NCBI GenBank assembly: GCA_963836235.1
Contig: CAWIIP010000004.1
Coordinates: forward strand, 199,281-263,280
Length of the DNA: 64,000 nt
Direction of reading: 5' to 3'
DNA from: an uncultured Pseudomonadota bacterium
GTDB taxonomy: Bacteria > Oederibacteriota > Muellerivitia > Muellerivitales > Muellerivitaceae
Shown piece after piece: positions 17,141 to 25,808 of the stretch (positions within the stretch are counted from its first letter, which is position 1; each line of letters begins with the position of its first letter). The position numbers and the translations under genes are program-made. The notes below the pieces were generated by a model. The model did no database searches. It was not told where the DNA came from and saw only the letters and a program-made list of their open reading frames with translations.

Positions 17141-18437
17141 AATCTTAGAGGCATTAAAACTAGGCTTCCTGGTTCCCAGGAAGCCTAGTTTTTTAGGGCA
17201 TGGGGAAGACGGGTTTTTTAAGGCCATACTTCCAGAGGATGGAAGCCGCTTTGAAGTTTGGGGGAGTGACGGCTTGGAAGCCCTGGATGGAATAGACATC
17301 CTCAGGAACAACGACACCCTGAAAAACAGACGTCCAACAGAAACTTAAAGTCTTGATGATTGGGGGGAACGGAGCAGGGAAAAGCGCCCTGCTCCTGGGC
17401 CTTCCCCCTGGATTGAAATATCCCGCAAAGATCGCGGAATGATTTCAATCCACCCCTTTCCTCAGGGGCTTCCGCCCCCGAACCCCTGACCAAAGGAACA
17501 TCCCTTTGGAATCCCTTAAAACCGTCCGTGAGGGATTGGAGTGGTCGCGTTGAAGTTTCCCTTTCCTTTCCCTTTGGGGACCCCGCCAAGCCGAAATCCC
17601 CCTCCCCGTCTTGCTAGCCAGCCAAATTTTTTTAGCCCTTCGGGGAATGGAATTTTGGAGGCTACAAGCCGGGGAGGGGTCTTGTCGGATTGGCCCTCCC
17701 ACAAAGGCGGCTCCCCGCCTGGGCGACAACAAACGCCGCCCTGGCAGGAAGCCGATAAAGGAAAGGGGAGTTTGAGTCCTCAGTGCCGTTTCAAAAATGG
17801 AAAATTTCGGCGTGACATAACAACACCGCCTCGGTTTCCCATTTTTGAAAGGCTGAAAGCCGTGCCCCTGAAAGGCAGGGGCACCGGCCCTTCGGGTATC
17901 GGGGATTCATTAAAACCTTCCTAGTGGATCTTGGTAGTTATTCCTTCCTGAAGTTCAGTAGCAAACCCAATCAAGCAGACATAGAGGTCCGGTAGTCCAG
18001 GACTTAGGACGATGGACAGTTTCGGGATTTCGTCCCGAGGCCCAATGACGGTTTTTCTTCGTTCACGGCCACCCTTGCGAAGTTCGCAACTTTTGCGCCA
18101 GCCGAAAAGCACGGCTGTCACAAAAGCGAGGGATGGCCTTTCTTTTTTTGTTCTCCCTTCGTCTCAGAACGTTCCCAAGCACGAAATCCCAAAACTCCTT
18201 CTTTGCCTTCCCCTCCCCCCTCTGTTTTTGAGGGGGGAGGCGGAAGGCGGTTTCAAAAAGGCGAAGAGCCTTCAAAAAAAATAAAGGGGGTGATGGGACA
18301 TGACGGAAGAAATCAAGGAGAAGCGGGAAGAGAAACCGGAAGGAATCCAAGGCGAGGGCTGGAAGGTCAGCGACGAGGAAATCGACCGGGTCATCAAAAA
18401 GCTGGAAGAAGGTTGGCTTGGATTTTAAGGGGGAGTT

Positions 18438-18671
18438 ATGGCGCATCCATCGTTTCAGGTCGGGAAGTTCAAAGTTTTAGGCCGGTATGAAATTCACTTT
18501 GGGAAAGACGGTGAAGGGTTCTTCTTTTACGAAATCGAAGACCTGGAAACCTTTGCCATGGTGGACGTCAAGGACGGCCTGACCGAGGGCGAGTTTTTGG
18601 AGGCGGTCGGATGCGCCATGAACCCTATGGAGTTCTTTGTTTTTCAAAAACTAATTCACTCAAACACATAA
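18438..18671 (+). CDS. hypothetical protein
   Basis: 77-aa ORF after a 42-aa ORF (18300-18428, AAGGGGG RBS). Acidic. No motif. Confidence 0.3.
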   Translation: MAHPSFQVGKFKVLGRYEIHFGKDGEGFFFYEIEDLETFAMVDVKDGLTEGEFLEAVGCAMNPMEFFVFQKLIHSNT

Positions 18672-18683
18672 GGAGGCAGAGCC

Positions 18684-19565
18684 ATGAAAAGAAATATCGC
18701 AGAGGAAATCACCAACCGGATTTTAGAGGACTTGGAAAAAGGCGTCACGCCTTGGGAGAAGCCCTGGAAGGCAGGGCGGGGGCTACCCCTGCCCCTCAAC
18801 GCCAGCACCGGGAAGCACTACCGGGGAATCAATGTCTTTGTCCTTTGGGATCAAGCCATAGCGAAGGGCTATTCCACCCCCTCTTGGGTGACTTTCAACC
18901 AAGCCAACGGACTTAAAGGCCACGTCAAGAAAGGCGAGAAGGGAACCGACGTTGTTTTTTACAAGCCGATTTCCAAAACCAAGAGCTTAAACCTTGAGGA
19001 CGAGGTTTTGGTGGACCAGCAGACCTTTTGGGTTCTTCGAACCTACACGGTTTTTAACCTGGACCAAGTGGACGGACTTGACCACCTAAAACTGAAACCC
19101 GAACCGATGGAACCCTTTGTGGCCATCGAGGAAGCGGACGGGCTTTTGATTGATTCGGGAGCCGAGATTATCCACGCCCCTATTGACCAAGCCTTCTATG
19201 ACCGCAAGAAGGATTTCATCACTCTTCCCTTGAGGGAGAGCTTCGTGAGCCGGGAGAGTTTTTACGGGGTCGCCCTCCACGAGGTCACCCACTGGACCGG
19301 ACATTCGACACGGTTGAACCGGGAATTCGGGAAGCGGTACGGGGACCAAGCCTACGCCTTTGAGGAACTGGTGGCCGAAATGGGAGCGGCTTTCCTTTGC
19401 GCTACTTGCGGCATTCCTTACGCTACCCGGCATTCCAACTACATCGGGGACTGGATTCAGGTTTTGAAGGACCACAAGCGGGCCATCTTCACGGCGGCGG
19501 CCAAGGCCCAAGCCGCCATGGATTTTGTTTTGAAAAGAACGGGTGAGGAGGCGGCGGTGGCTTAA
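18684..19565 (+). CDS. ardC: ArdC-like antirestriction protein (N-terminal ssDNA-binding domain + zincin HExxH metalloprotease-like domain)
   Basis: ITNRILEDLEKGVTPWEKPW...YRGINVFVLW is an ArdC-N-like start. C-terminal HEVTHWTGH (HExxH). Typical plasmid/ICE gene. Confidence 0.75.
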   Translation: MKRNIAEEITNRILEDLEKGVTPWEKPWKAGRGLPLPLNASTGKHYRGINVFVLWDQAIAKGYSTPSWVTFNQANGLKGHVKKGEKGTDVVFYKPISKTKSLNLEDEVLVDQQTFWVLRTYTVFNLDQVDGLDHLKLKPEPMEPFVAIEEADGLLIDSGAEIIHAPIDQAFYDRKKDFITLPLRESFVSRESFYGVALHEVTHWTGHSTRLNREFGKRYGDQAYAFEELVAEMGAAFLCATCGIPYATRHSNYIGDWIQVLKDHKRAIFTAAAKAQAAMDFVLKRTGEEAAVA

Positions 19566-19663
19566 AGGCCGAAATACCGGCTTCCTCGAAAAGGTGAGGC
19601 GACCGGTATCAACGGGTTATGCCCGTTCTGACGAAGGCCAGATTTTTTTAAGGAGGAAATAGC

Positions 19664-19891
19664 ATGACCAAAGAAATCGCAAAGGAACTTTGGCCGGAAG
19701 TTTATGAAGCCGTCCGCGAGGAAGCGAGATCAGCGGCGGTTTGCATGAAAGCGGCCATGTTCGTGGTGTGGGACCCCACGGACTCAAACCAGAAGGTCCA
19801 TTGGGCAAGCCCGGTTTGTTTCAACGAGTTATTCCCTAAAGCCGCCGAGGTCATCGAGGTTGTCGGACCTTATGCCCGGCGGGTGCTGTAA
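19664..19891 (+). CDS. hypothetical protein
   Basis: 75-aa ORF with an AGGAGG RBS. Confidence 0.3.
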   Translation: MTKEIAKELWPEVYEAVREEARSAAVCMKAAMFVVWDPTDSNQKVHWASPVCFNELFPKAAEVIEVVGPYARRVL

Positions 19892-19924
19892 GGCAAACCA
19901 CAAAACGGGGCGTCCATAAGGTGG

Positions 19925-20275
19925 ATGCCCCGAAAGGAGATTTCCGTGTTTAAGCCAATCGAAGAACTATTGGATAAGCCCGAGGCTTTGGCTGACATGC
20001 CAGCCTTGTACGCCACCGAGGGGCAAGAACTGGATGACCACCGCTTGCTCCTCCGGTTTTATCATCCCCTGTGCCAGTGGTCGTGGTACGCCGTGGAGTA
20101 TAACTCCGAAGAGCGGGTTTTCTTTGGATGGACTGACGGGCAATTCCAGGAGTGGGGTTATTTCAGCCTGCTGGAAATGGCTTTTGTGGAAGTGAAGGGA
20201 GTCCCTGTTTTTTGGGACGTAGATTTCAAACCGGTTCGTTTTGGTGACTTAAAGGCCAGCTTGAGGAATGCTTAA
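19925..20275 (+). CDS. DUF2958-like plasmid-associated protein
   Basis: PALYATEGQ ... HPLCQWSWYAVEYNSEERVFFGWTDGQFQEWGYFSLLEM resembles the DUF2958 family, which is often found near ardC. Confidence 0.4.
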   Translation: MPRKEISVFKPIEELLDKPEALADMPALYATEGQELDDHRLLLRFYHPLCQWSWYAVEYNSEERVFFGWTDGQFQEWGYFSLLEMAFVEVKGVPVFWDVDFKPVRFGDLKASLRNA

Positions 20276-20422
20276 GGGTAACCAACGGCCACCTTCGCCG
20301 GTGTGTCTTCGTGACCGAAGGTGGCGGGCTTTGGAACAGGATGGAAAGGTAGGTAGTGGTTTTTAAGGTCTGGCTCCGAGGGCTCGCCCTCAATTCGTGA
20401 AAGAATTATTCGTTATTCCTCC

Positions 20423-20444
20423 GAAGCCGGAAGGCTTCTTTTCG
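20423..20444 (+). terminator. candidate intrinsic terminator
   Basis: GAAGCC-GGAA-GGCTTC hairpin followed by TTTTCG. Confidence 0.35.
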
Positions 20445-20528
20445 TCAATCAGGCCCTTGCCGTTATAATGCCTTTCAAGCCGATTCTGAAAGAGGGTAAA
20501 ATTGATGAAATTGTGAGGGGGAATTTCT

Positions 20529-23156
20529 GTGCCTAAATATTTACGGCTCTACAACCAATTTGTTAATTTCGTAAAAATGGTGGAGAAAGAATTAACTACC
20601 GATTACGAACGTAAACTCATCAATCTAATTTTGGAGGATTTTGACGCGATAAAGGACAAGAAAGCCACCAAGGGTTTGCGGGGGAAACACCTTTACGAGT
20701 TGATTAAGAAAAAAGGAAAAAGTGTTTCGCCTACGATCACGGTTTCTTCGACTAACACTCAGTCAGGTGGGTTTTCTTTCGTCGGTCTTGATTCCATTGT
20801 GGTAGAACATTTTCGGGGGTTCTCCGAAAAAGAGACATTCAAATTCGACCGTCCATTCACGTTTGTCTTCGGCCCAAATGGAAGCGGTAAATCCAGCCTC
20901 TGTGAAGCGCTCGAATTCTCCATGCTTGGATACATCCAGGAAGCAATAGCCAAAGATATCGACGTCCAAGAGTACACGACCAACTGTTTCGATGAAAAGC
21001 AAAGTGATCCCGTCCTTAAGGCAAAGGATGCATCGGGGAATATCATCGACATTTCCCAGAACCAAGACTTGCAATTCTGTTTCATAGAAAAAAGCCGGAT
21101 CGAAAGCTTTGCAAGGATTTCAGCAAACACCCCGAAAAAGATGGAGGAGCAACTCGCAACATTGTTTGGCCTGGATGAGTTCAACGAATTTGTCGGAGAT
21201 TTTAACAAGAAGGTTGACGATTATTTTGAAATGGATTCTCTTAAGGCAAGGGAATATGAGGCCAAAAGCGCCGGGATGCCGGGCATTAGGGAGAACCTGG
21301 AAGGGGAAAAAAAGAAGAAGGGGGAAGCAGAAGCCAAGATTGCTGAAATTGTAAAAAACTCCGGGATTCCCTCGGTGGGGGATTTCGAATTTGCGTTTGT
21401 AAGCCCGAAAACAGGAACTAAGACCAAACTGGAAGAAATGAGCGAAAAACTTTCAGCGCCGACGTCCCAATCTCTCGTTTTTCCAACGGTTATCAAAATA
21501 GTGGAGGATATCAAGGCGGCGAAAACCGCTTTGGTTCCGCTAACCGCAATTCGGAGCCAGTTGACCTCCCGCAAAAAAGAATTCCAATTCCGCGATCTTT
21601 TCGAAGCTGCGTCCGTAGTTGAAACTTTATGGACAGAATCCTGTCCCCTGTGCGAAACGCCAATGGATGAAGTCCACAAACATCCATACGACAACGCCCG
21701 TGCCAAACTGAAGGAACTGGAGACACTTGCCGCTTTTGAAAATCAGGAAGAAAAAGATTATGAGATATTTTTGGAAAAGATAGACGCCATGGATAAATCC
21801 ACCGAATCTTTCAACGCTGTCCTGGTCTCCAATGGGAAAGATTCCTTTCAGTTCGACGCCATCCCTTGGCCCGGGAAGAACAGGGCGGACAGGGATCTTG
21901 CCATTGCACACCACGAAACGGTTGAAATATTTACAAACCAAAGAATGAAAGAATTGGTCGAGGCGGAGGCTTCATTAACAGCAATTAATTCCAAGATTCA
22001 AGACGAAATGAAAGCAAAAGCCGTTCTTCGGGCTGAATACGAACGGCTAAAAATTGAAAAAGACAGTTATATACAAGAAAAAGCTAATGTGAAAAATTGC
22101 GATGACCGAATCCAACAAGCGGAAAAAACGATTGCAACTTTTGAAGCCGAAACAGCCACTCTGAAAGCAGAGGTCCAGTCAGAAAAGGAACGTATTGACC
22201 AAAATAAACTATGGCTTTCGGCTTACGATAGCTTTAAGGAAAAGCTCGACGTCTATAAAGATCAACTACCCCTCAGGTACGTACAAAAACTCAGCGAGCT
22301 TACGTGTTCGATCTACAACCAATTAAATCAGCATGACCGGGAATATGAAAAGGCGTTATCAATTGATCTTCCTAAAACCACTGCCGATTCCATCAAGATA
22401 GAATTCGCCAAAAATCCCGGTTCTAAATTTGATGCCTTGCTTGTATTAAGCGAAGGGCATCTGCGGTGCTTAGGGCTCTCGATACTCATGGCGAAGAACA
22501 TTGATGACAATTGCCCGGTGATAATTTTTGACGATGTGGTTAATGCAATCGACGACGAACATAGGAGCGGAGTGGCCGACCTCCTCTTTGAATTTGATCG
22601 GTTGCGGGGTAAACAGATAATACTAACGACCCACGCTGAACATTTCATATCCGACCTTCAATTGAAAGTGCCGGCCCAGAACAAGAAGGATTTGATTCAT
22701 GTCTATAATTTTCAATCAGATGAAAAAAGGCGGAAAATAAATATTGATTCCAAATCCCGGAATCATCTTGAACGCGCCGATGAACATTATTCCGACGGAC
22801 GAATGGACGATACGCTTCATAGCTGTAGGTTGGCACTTGATAACATTGCCGAGGCTTTATGGAAAAGACTATGGAAAAAGGGTTATGCCGCAACAATTAG
22901 GGTTCCTCTAAGAGAACTCCATGCCAAGCCGGATACAAAAAATGCCATCGAAGCATTGAAATCCTTCATCAAGACTAAGAATGTTACTGAATTTATAGGG
23001 ACTGATGAGCATTTTGAGTATTTGTTACAGGAGGATGTCTGGAGCCAATTTAATATTGCTTCTCATGAAATGGGAGGTAAACCGACTTTCAACAACGCCA
23101 TCATTAAGGAAATTGTGGGTAGGTGTTATAAGATCGATGCGATTGTAAAAAGCTAA
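20529..23156 (+). CDS. SMC/Rad50/SbcC-like ABC ATPase with zinc-hook-like CPLC motif
   Basis: Walker A FGPNGSGKSS. Long coiled-coil with a central CPLC (Rad50-hook-like). Signature LSEGHLRCLGLSILMA. Walker B/D-loop IIFDDVVNAIDDEH. Extra C-terminal domain of about 170 aa. Confidence 0.65.
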   Translation: MPKYLRLYNQFVNFVKMVEKELTTDYERKLINLILEDFDAIKDKKATKGLRGKHLYELIKKKGKSVSPTITVSSTNTQSGGFSFVGLDSIVVEHFRGFSEKETFKFDRPFTFVFGPNGSGKSSLCEALEFSMLGYIQEAIAKDIDVQEYTTNCFDEKQSDPVLKAKDASGNIIDISQNQDLQFCFIEKSRIESFARISANTPKKMEEQLATLFGLDEFNEFVGDFNKKVDDYFEMDSLKAREYEAKSAGMPGIRENLEGEKKKKGEAEAKIAEIVKNSGIPSVGDFEFAFVSPKTGTKTKLEEMSEKLSAPTSQSLVFPTVIKIVEDIKAAKTALVPLTAIRSQLTSRKKEFQFRDLFEAASVVETLWTESCPLCETPMDEVHKHPYDNARAKLKELETLAAFENQEEKDYEIFLEKIDAMDKSTESFNAVLVSNGKDSFQFDAIPWPGKNRADRDLAIAHHETVEIFTNQRMKELVEAEASLTAINSKIQDEMKAKAVLRAEYERLKIEKDSYIQEKANVKNCDDRIQQAEKTIATFEAETATLKAEVQSEKERIDQNKLWLSAYDSFKEKLDVYKDQLPLRYVQKLSELTCSIYNQLNQHDREYEKALSIDLPKTTADSIKIEFAKNPGSKFDALLVLSEGHLRCLGLSILMAKNIDDNCPVIIFDDVVNAIDDEHRSGVADLLFEFDRLRGKQIILTTHAEHFISDLQLKVPAQNKKDLIHVYNFQSDEKRRKINIDSKSRNHLERADEHYSDGRMDDTLHSCRLALDNIAEALWKRLWKKGYAATIRVPLRELHAKPDTKNAIEALKSFIKTKNVTEFIGTDEHFEYLLQEDVWSQFNIASHEMGGKPTFNNAIIKEIVGRCYKIDAIVKS

Positions 23157-23195
23157 TGACTTGACAACGTGTCGCTAGTAAACGACAATTGATTC

Positions 23196-23546
23196 ATGGA
23201 AGCTAGGCCCCGGACCGTTATCAACTACGCAAAACTCGACGGGGTCGAACCGGTCGATGTTTGGTTCCGTAACTTGAAAGACTTGGTAGGGAAGAAGGCT
23301 GTTTCGGACAGGATTCGAAGGGTCCGGCTGGGCACTTTGGGCCACGTTGATAATATCGGGCAAGGTGTTTGGGGGTTGAAGATTGACGTGGGGCCGGGTT
23401 ACAGGGTCTATTTCGGCCAGGACGGCCCTGTGTTAGTTATCCTTCTTTGTGGAGGGGAAAAGCACGGCCAGGACAAAGATGCGGCTACGGCCAGGGAACA
23501 TTGGGCAGATTATAAGAGTCGAAAGCAGAAGGAGCATGGAAAATGA
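23196..23546 (+). CDS. type II toxin (HigB/RelE-like, addiction-module killer protein family)
   Basis: VGQGVWGLKIDVGPGYRVYFGQDGPVLVILLCGGEKHGQDKD is the killer-protein family signature. 4-nt overlap with the next gene. Confidence 0.65.
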   Translation: MEARPRTVINYAKLDGVEPVDVWFRNLKDLVGKKAVSDRIRRVRLGTLGHVDNIGQGVWGLKIDVGPGYRVYFGQDGPVLVILLCGGEKHGQDKDAATAREHWADYKSRKQKEHGK

Positions 23547-23899
23547 AAAATAAAAAAGCCAATTCCCCGATGGGCGGTGAATTTAAAGACACTGTTGTCC
23601 GTGAGCTACAAGAGGATTCCGCATTCCGCGAAGAATATCTTAAAGACCTTTTGATAGAACAAGACCTACCTATGTTAGCTCTCGGTTTACGTGACCTTGT
23701 GGAAGCTCTAGGAGGGATCGGGAAGCTGGCAAAGGAAACCGGCCTCAACCGGCAGAACCTTTACAGAGCCCTTTCCGGGAAAGTACGCCCGGATTTTCCG
23801 ACCCTTTTAAAAATTATTAACTTCTCTGGATTCGACCTTTCCATCCAGAAGAAGTCAAAAGGGAAGCCGTCGGGCCACACCTTGGCTTTGGCGAATTAA
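23543..23899 (+). CDS. HTH antitoxin (HigA-like addiction-module antidote protein)
   Basis: ETGLNRQNLYRALSG is an HTH. It sits immediately downstream of, and is coupled to, the toxin gene. Confidence 0.65.
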   Translation: MKNKKANSPMGGEFKDTVVRELQEDSAFREEYLKDLLIEQDLPMLALGLRDLVEALGGIGKLAKETGLNRQNLYRALSGKVRPDFPTLLKIINFSGFDLSIQKKSKGKPSGHTLALAN

Positions 23900-23904
23900 C
23901 TTCA

Positions 23905-24957
23905 ATGGAAGAAACGTGTTTATTTTGTGGCCAAAAAGTTTTAGTGGAAACTATCCATAACGGGCCATCTAAAAATAATCCAATTTGCCACAAGTTTAAT
24001 TGTCAAACTTGTGGCCTCCACATCCTGTCCAACGCAGTGCACGCCAAAAAGAAATCCGGTCAATTATTGGGTACTCCTCAAGAATTGGTGAATTGCGGTT
24101 CTAAATCTTTGGAGGTGAAAAAGGAATATCCAAAAAAGATTTCGTATTGGGTATTAGACGAAAATTCTCCCCAAGTAGAAGAGTTGAAAAATCATCCTGA
24201 AGTAGTTGTGTGTGTTTTTGAAGAAATAAAGCATTCAACTGTAGAACATGCAAATAAACCTTATGTTTTATTGGAACAGATTTCCAAAAGGGCTTCAAAA
24301 GATGGGGCTTATAAATATTCCCCCGTACTTAAGGAGGATGTTTGTTTTTCAAAAATTCCTGATTTGGAAGAATTGAAAACGTTAATAACCTTTTTGGTTG
24401 AAAAGGGATTGGTTCAACAAAAAGGAACTTTTAGTGATGAAGATTTGGCTAGAAAAGATATTTCTCCTCATAATGTCCGTTTAACTGTTGAGGGGTGGGA
24501 TTTCATTTGGCGGAAGAACTCATTTCCAAATACAAATAAAGTATTTATTGGAATTCAGTTCAATTGGGAAGATGAATCGTTGCGTGAAGAAGTTCTTAAA
24601 TCTATTAAAAACGCCTGCAAAAAAAACAACTATGATGCAGATATTGTTACTCAGGATCACACAGGGAATGTAACGGATCAAATAATATCAGAGATTAAAA
24701 AATCAAGATTCATGGTTGCTGAATTAACTTATAACAACAAAGGTGTCTATTTTGAATCCGGTTTTGCCCGAGGTTTAGGTATGCCAGTTTTTCATTTAAT
24801 TCGCGATACACATATAGACGGGAATGATAATGAAGGGAAAAAGATTCATTTTGATATTCAACAAGTAATGTATCGTAAATGGAATGACCCACAGGAATTA
24901 GAAACGGAACTGGATTCTTGGATCTTCGGTACTATTGGCCCTTTTGAAAAATCCTAA
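23905..24957 (+). CDS. zinc-ribbon protein with C-terminal nucleoside 2-deoxyribosyltransferase-like (NDT/TIR-like) domain
   Basis: N-terminal CxxC...C..C. C-terminus VFIGIQF...DIVTQD...SRFMVAELTYNNKGVYFESGFARGLGMPVF resembles the NDT-fold FE.GyA.GlGkPV motif. Confidence 0.45.
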   Translation: MEETCLFCGQKVLVETIHNGPSKNNPICHKFNCQTCGLHILSNAVHAKKKSGQLLGTPQELVNCGSKSLEVKKEYPKKISYWVLDENSPQVEELKNHPEVVVCVFEEIKHSTVEHANKPYVLLEQISKRASKDGAYKYSPVLKEDVCFSKIPDLEELKTLITFLVEKGLVQQKGTFSDEDLARKDISPHNVRLTVEGWDFIWRKNSFPNTNKVFIGIQFNWEDESLREEVLKSIKNACKKNNYDADIVTQDHTGNVTDQIISEIKKSRFMVAELTYNNKGVYFESGFARGLGMPVFHLIRDTHIDGNDNEGKKIHFDIQQVMYRKWNDPQELETELDSWIFGTIGPFEKS

Positions 24958-24985
24958 AAGAAAAACGAAAGGGGCTCAATAAAGC

Positions 24986-25375
24986 TTATTCCCTGGATTT
25001 CGCCTCGAAAGAATGATCCCTAATCCTTTTCTTGATTGATTTGGTTAGTTGGATTTCCCAATACCGAAACCAAGTTTTTTGACCTTTTTTGGATTTATGG
25101 TGGGGAAAGGTAGGGGCTATCAGGTATCCAGCAAGGTCAATGGCTAAGTCTTCAACCGGTTTTTCCACTTTGAAACCTCAGTCGTTTTCTGGCCCAAATA
25201 AACAATACCGCATGGAACTAGGAACTCGGTCTTTACCTTCGTAAACAATATGTCCTATCCGCCAGCGTGTCACCCGAAGGCATTTCAAAAGGGCAAAATC
25301 GGAATTAAGGGCAAAGGTTGGGTAAATAGCCCCAAGTCGGCCATTCCTAAAGAAATATAGAAAATCAGACTCCAA
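24986..25375 (-). pseudogene. possible disrupted gene (two same-frame ORFs separated by an in-frame TGA)
   Basis: ORFs 25178-25375 and 24986-25168 are in the same frame on the minus strand with a TGA at 25178-25180 between them. No recognisable family. Confidence 0.25.
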
Positions 25376-25394
25376 AGTGTCCTCTTTTATAACA

Positions 25395-25408
25395 ATATCT
25401 ATAGATAT
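25395..25408. promoter_or_regulatory. perfect 14-bp palindrome ATATCTATAGATAT (candidate operator) upstream of the XRE regulator
   Basis: Exact palindrome. A TATAAT-like hexamer lies at 25423-25428. The start codon is at 25446. Confidence 0.4.
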
Positions 25409-25445
25409 TTCTTATAATAACCTCCTCCCACATATCTTGTAAAGC

Positions 25446-25670
25446 ATGAAAAAGTCCAAATACGTTGAAGTCCTAAAGTTTGGAGATAATGTCAGGCGTT
25501 TACGGATAAAAAAAGGTTTTACCCAGGAAGATTTGGCCGAATTAACGGGATTACAAGCCGCTTATATCGGTTTTGTTGAAAGGGGAATAAGGTCTCCATC
25601 AACTCGGACCACCGCCAAGCTTTACAAGGCTTTGGGTTGCAAGCCCAACGACTTGTTCAAGGGAGTTTAG
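25446..25670 (+). CDS. XRE-family HTH transcriptional regulator
   Basis: KKGFTQEDLAELTGLQAAYIGFVERGIRSPS is a Cro/C1-type HTH. Confidence 0.7.
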   Translation: MKKSKYVEVLKFGDNVRRLRIKKGFTQEDLAELTGLQAAYIGFVERGIRSPSTRTTAKLYKALGCKPNDLFKGV

Positions 25671-25808
25671 TTGTCCGCGAACGGTCAGTCCTGTCAAAAA
25701 GGAGGCTGATTTTAAAAAACAACTCTTTTAAATTTCTGCTCTTGCCCAGAAGGTTTGAAAGTTTTATTATTTTATTAAGGAAGGTTTAACCTGTGTAGGC
25801 GGCAGATA

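Noticed and set aside
16877-18490. Many 60-146-aa ORFs on both strands (e.g. 16877-17317, 17541-17924, 18063-18446)
   Set aside because: Pro/Ser/Gly-rich low-complexity translations of the G-rich repeat and hairpin region. They overlap each other, lack RBSs and show no domain motifs. I treat the region as non-coding.
20759-21941. Several minus-strand ORFs (149, 103, 161, 71, 104 aa)
   Set aside because: All antisense within the well-supported 875-aa ATPase gene.
24986-25375. UGA-recoding (genetic code 25) explanation for the in-frame TGA
   Set aside because: Well-supported genes in the window, such as the MBL gene at 2815-2817, terminate with TGA. The standard code applies.
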